This document shows, piece by piece, positions 59,856 through 64,000 of a stretch of 64,000 nucleotides of DNA. The DNA is from Dimorphilus gyrociliatus (taxonomy: Eukaryota; Animalia; Annelida): NCBI GenBank assembly GCA_904063045.1, contig CAJFCJ010000015.1, positions 1,061,034 to 1,125,033 on the forward strand, given 5' to 3'. The notes beneath the pieces were generated by a model. The model had not been told where the DNA came from. It was given only the letters and a program-made list of their open reading frames with translations, and did no database searches. Made by a program: the position numbers and the translations under genes. Each line of letters begins with the position of its first letter. Position 1 is the stretch's first letter.

Positions 59856-62847
59856 TTATATACTTACTTGAACACCGCTATCAAAGGATCCTCTTGATTC
59901 AGGATTTGAGACTGGTCTTGCAGCACCGTTGCTAAAAGGAGGATGAAGAACTAAGTCGTATTCAACAATACCAGAGTCATGGGAATATCTGTTCGCATCT
60001 ATCCTTAAAGCTTCCATTTCCCCAACTTCCGCTATGGCTTCGGCCACATCTCTAAAGAATCGTTCTTTGTCGTGAGCGTTCTTGGCCACAAAAGCCATAA
60101 TGGGTTTATCTCCATTTTCAACTAATCGAAGTCCGTGCTCGAAATGAATTGATTCAAAATTCTCTATTCGAACTCCTAACAATGATTGAGCTGATTTAAA
60201 AGTGTATTGTGTTCTTCCCTTCTTTCCCTTCGATACCAACTTAGCAACAAGCAGCAAGTCATTGAAAAGGAATACCTCGCGTTGACTTAGTTTATCTTTC
60301 TTTTTTCCTGCTGCGTCTTGCAACTGAAACAATCTGCAATAGCAGACTAATCTACGATGTGGTACTGCAAGGGTGGGCGGACGTTCATTGTTCTTTCCGA
60401 CTAGGAGAGATTGTTCAATTTTTGTAACTTGAGTGACATGATCAATACCTTTTAGGGTAAGAGAAAAGGCGCTAATAGAATTATCTTTCTAAAAATAATT
60501 TATTCTTACCAGGTTTTAATTGTTGAGCTGAAATTCTTTCATAAATTTCTCTTAAAAGGTTCATATCAAAGTCAGCACCACCATCGCATCCTTTCAAATT
60601 GGAAATAAATTCTTCTTTCTTCATTTTTCTATGCGTTTTCCTTTGTACAGCTACTTTATGTAGATCGGTATTTAACATAATAATTGCATACGATAAGACA
60701 AATAGTCCATCAGCACCAGATCGTAACTTGTTTGTTAATTGATCATTGCATTCGGCATAGCGTTGAGCAAACGCCTCTAAAAGTCTTTCAATCTTGTGAG
60801 CTTCTGATGGGAGTGAAACGTAAGAGTGTAAGGCTCTTAGGGCAACATCTAACGCTAAATTCGAAAAGTTCATAATGAGGAGTAGACATCTTAGAACCTT
60901 AGCACCTTCTGGTGTACCCAGATATTCACCAATCATTTGTTTACTTAAACCTTTTCTATGTAATAGAAACTTGGCCGTATTAGCCTCGTCGTTGGGTCTT
61001 AAAAAATTATGTTCAATTAAATGTTTTATACCCTTTTCGGGTTTCTTATTAAATAAGTTTAAACCAATTCTATATAATCGTTTTTTATCGATTTCGCTTA
61101 TCTCTCTATCGTCTTCGGATGTTCTTGGCGAGTTATACGTATACTTCAGAGTACTCGAAGCGTCAGAGCTGGTTTCTCCAGCCTCAGTACTTGTTCTGTC
61201 TGCAGTTTCTGGCGAGGAGCTCTTTCGCTTCCAAATGGGTGAAGGACTCTGACTATCCCGTTTCTTTCTTAGGTAAACAGATGTATTATTATAAACCTTT
61301 TCTTCTCTAGACTCTCCAACTGGACTTTGTATAATTAGTGATTCTACTTGTGTCCTTTCCTCTTTAAATACTGTTTCGTATTCGTCCGAAGACTCAATTA
61401 CGTCTCCCAGCGCTGTATAAAACAATAATCTATAAATATACAGTGTACTGTATATGTTTAATAATAAAACGAAACTCGGAAAAATAAAAAAGAAAATAGT
61501 TCGTATTCTCCTAAAAATAATTGGCTTGAAACAAAACTGGTCAGTTAATTTACAAAAGGATTTTATCACGTCAAATACAAAAACGTACAGTTAAGTGTAA
61601 AGTACATTGTATTTATATTTAATATATTTACATATTATCTGACTTACTGTGTCCTTTGAAAATTCAATACATAAAAGCTAACACATAATATGAAGGTAAA
61701 ACAATTTAAATATACAAAACAATAAATAAAAAAAAGTGAAAACCCTTTGAAAATAAATAACCTGCCATAACCGGCTGACTGAGACAAGGAAAGTAATGCA
61801 TCATTACTGAGCTGAGTAAACCAACGTACTAGAATACGAAATCGATCGATGTATTTTTTTCTCTCTTTTTTTTTTTCATTTGACTTTAAAGTCGTGTTAC
61901 TTATCAAATAATATTGATTTTGTTTATGTTTCCTTTCCGTATTATAAATTGTTTAATAGTAGTTATAAAATAAAAAATAAAAATAGATTACTTATTATAA
62001 CAAAGCATTACATGTATTGTTAAATTTAGTCTATTAAAATATAAAACTATATATTAGTATATATAAATTTATACTAAGTATATATTATATATAATGTATA
62101 TATAAACATGTATATTCAACATATTTATTTTATTTTATATGAGATATTTATATAGAAAGCGTGCTGATTAATGGAATATACGTTTCTAGTGTTCATAACC
62201 TATTTTATAAATTTATATATGCTCTATATCTCCTAAAAGAATGACAAGTGAGACAAATCTATTAGTGCATTTTCATTCTATAGATATTGGCTTATCCTTT
62301 ATCTGAAGTATTTCATTAAAAAAGCATTTTCAATAAGTCTCTTTCCCGTGAAGATGGGATTATTAAGTTAAAAGCTAAAATCATTACTTATTTGTTTTTC
62401 AACTATTCGTATTAATATTAAATATTTCAACAAGTTGAAGTACACATATAGAAATAAATGGAGGGTAAACACTTACTTTCTATATTATTCTCGGAATTAT
62501 TCATATTTTCGTTAGTACTCATTAACCTCCTCTCTCCATTTAGGCTTACTGAACGTAATCTTCTAAAATTTTTTGCCAACTGGTAAGATCTGAATGCGTG
62601 TTGGATGACTTTTGCGGCATCTCCTGCTGCTTTTCTTCCTCCATATTTCTTCTCTAGCATTTCTACTCTAGCGTTCTCGAGATCTTGCGATAATTCATAA
62701 CCTGTAGGCCATACTCTGTTGTTCTCTTCGACTTTATCTTCAGTAATTTTGTACGACCAGTATCTCGTCAGAGTTTTTGGCGTTGGTATGCAAGACGTCG
62801 ACCGACACTGATTAGGTAAAGGAACTGATAGAGGGGGTTTTATTCTG
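59856..62847 (-). CDS. IQSEC: IQ motif and Sec7 domain ArfGEF (IQSEC/BRAG/schizo); 5' end not located, may lie beyond the window
   Basis: YELSQDL....VEMLEKKYGG....AAKVIQHAFRSYQL.KNF.RLRS (IQ motif), Sec7 (YRIGLNLFNKKPEKGI, GLSKQMIGEYLG, EAHKIERLLEAF, IIMLNTDLH), and PH domain (PHRRLVCYCRL..REVFLFNDLL). Confidence 0.92.
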
Positions 62848-64000
62848 CAAATGGAAAATTGAATAATTAATAAGAGAAATTCTGCTTCCCATTATAAATA
62901 CATATAAGCTAATAATAATTTAGATAACTTGCAATAGTCAAATCAGCAATTCAAAGAGCACAATAGTATCCACAAAACATTACTTTAACATATATATTTT
63001 TCTTATTTATTTTTCTTTAACTTGATAAAGTCTTTAAAAACAAGCTATTAGTGTATTCAATATTACCAATTTTATTCTTTTAAGTTTGCTAAAAGTATAT
63101 AAAGCCTATTGGACTGAAGCTTTTGTGCAAATAGGACAATCCCAAATAGTTTATTAAAATGGTAATATAGCAAAATAAAAAAAAATAGCGAGAAAAAAAA
63201 ACTACCTCATTTTCTTAAACTACAATATACACTAAGAAGATTAAAAATTTTCACGTAGCTAGTTTTAAGTCAAGCGTGAAATTTGTCTTACCAAAATTAA
63301 CTATTGAAAATCCTTCTGTTATAAATAACATTTTTTTTATATACTAATATACTTTTATGTATATATTAGTATATATATCTTTTCATCTTACAAATCTAAT
63401 AAGAAAAATTCTTCAATATACATTCCAAAACTGGAATGCAGATATAGAATAAACTAATCTCTAATAACTTGTTTACCTTGAACACGCTCTATAAATATAA
63501 TTAAGTAAAAAATAATCAAGGATCATATGTTGAGCTTCATTATTGTGTTATTTTTAACACATACGATATAAAAATATATTGCACTTAGTATATAAAACTA
63601 TTACATAATACTTGTATAAAGCTATTAGAGAAAATAAAATTCTCATCTAATTAAAAGTAGCTTTATCAAATAAACACTTGACTATTCTTAAAGACAAGAG
63701 ATTGCGTTGAGAAGAACCACATGTTTAAACAAATGTTGCTACACATTTGTTTACGGAAAACTGCAAATATTTAGCGCTGGCATCTGTCCAGATATAATAA
63801 AATCACGGATGTCTCTTTGTTTTGATAATAGTCTTAAACTTATTAAATTTTGACGAAAACCTGAGATATTGTTTTAAATAAATTCGTCTATCCCCCGGTC
63901 CTATTTATTAAATAGGTTTATTCATTAGATAAAAGTAAGAATTATTGTTATCAATTATGAAATAAGATAAACTCCTAAAGTCATTAAACTAGGAAATAAG

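Overview
AT-rich, gene-dense window from a compact-genome animal. Most introns are GT-AG and about 50-70 nt, and several intergenic gaps are only 100-400 bp. The gene content (macroH2A, FBH1, four-repeat CNGK channel, PGC-1, IQSEC) suggests a marine invertebrate bilaterian; a miniature annelid such as Dimorphilus is only a guess. I can support about 23 protein-coding genes, in order: PDZ protein (3' end), EMC7 with a GPCR nested in its intron 1, IFT46, eIF3c, SOSS-B/NABP, Aven-like, ankyrin-SOCS (ASB), macroH2A, two orphans, C6orf120, TP53INP/DOR, C19orf12, a divergent HADHA paralog, TSSK, PPM1H/J, HADHB and HADHA (head-to-head), WDTC1, FBH1, a minimal PGC-1, TMEM201, a tetraKCNG/CNGK channel and IQSEC (5' end not located). 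I saw no rRNA, tRNA, CRISPR array or recognisable transposon. Strongest leads: (1) a second HADHA that starts at the position of the mature N-terminus with no apparent mitochondrial leader, keeps its hydratase catalytic residues and has a degenerate dehydrogenase site; (2) ASB and macroH2A ending on one shared palindromic TTATAA; (3) a CNGK channel with an asymmetric filter and unusual cyclic-nucleotide cassettes. Exon models were assembled by hand from splice signals and family motifs; no searches were run.
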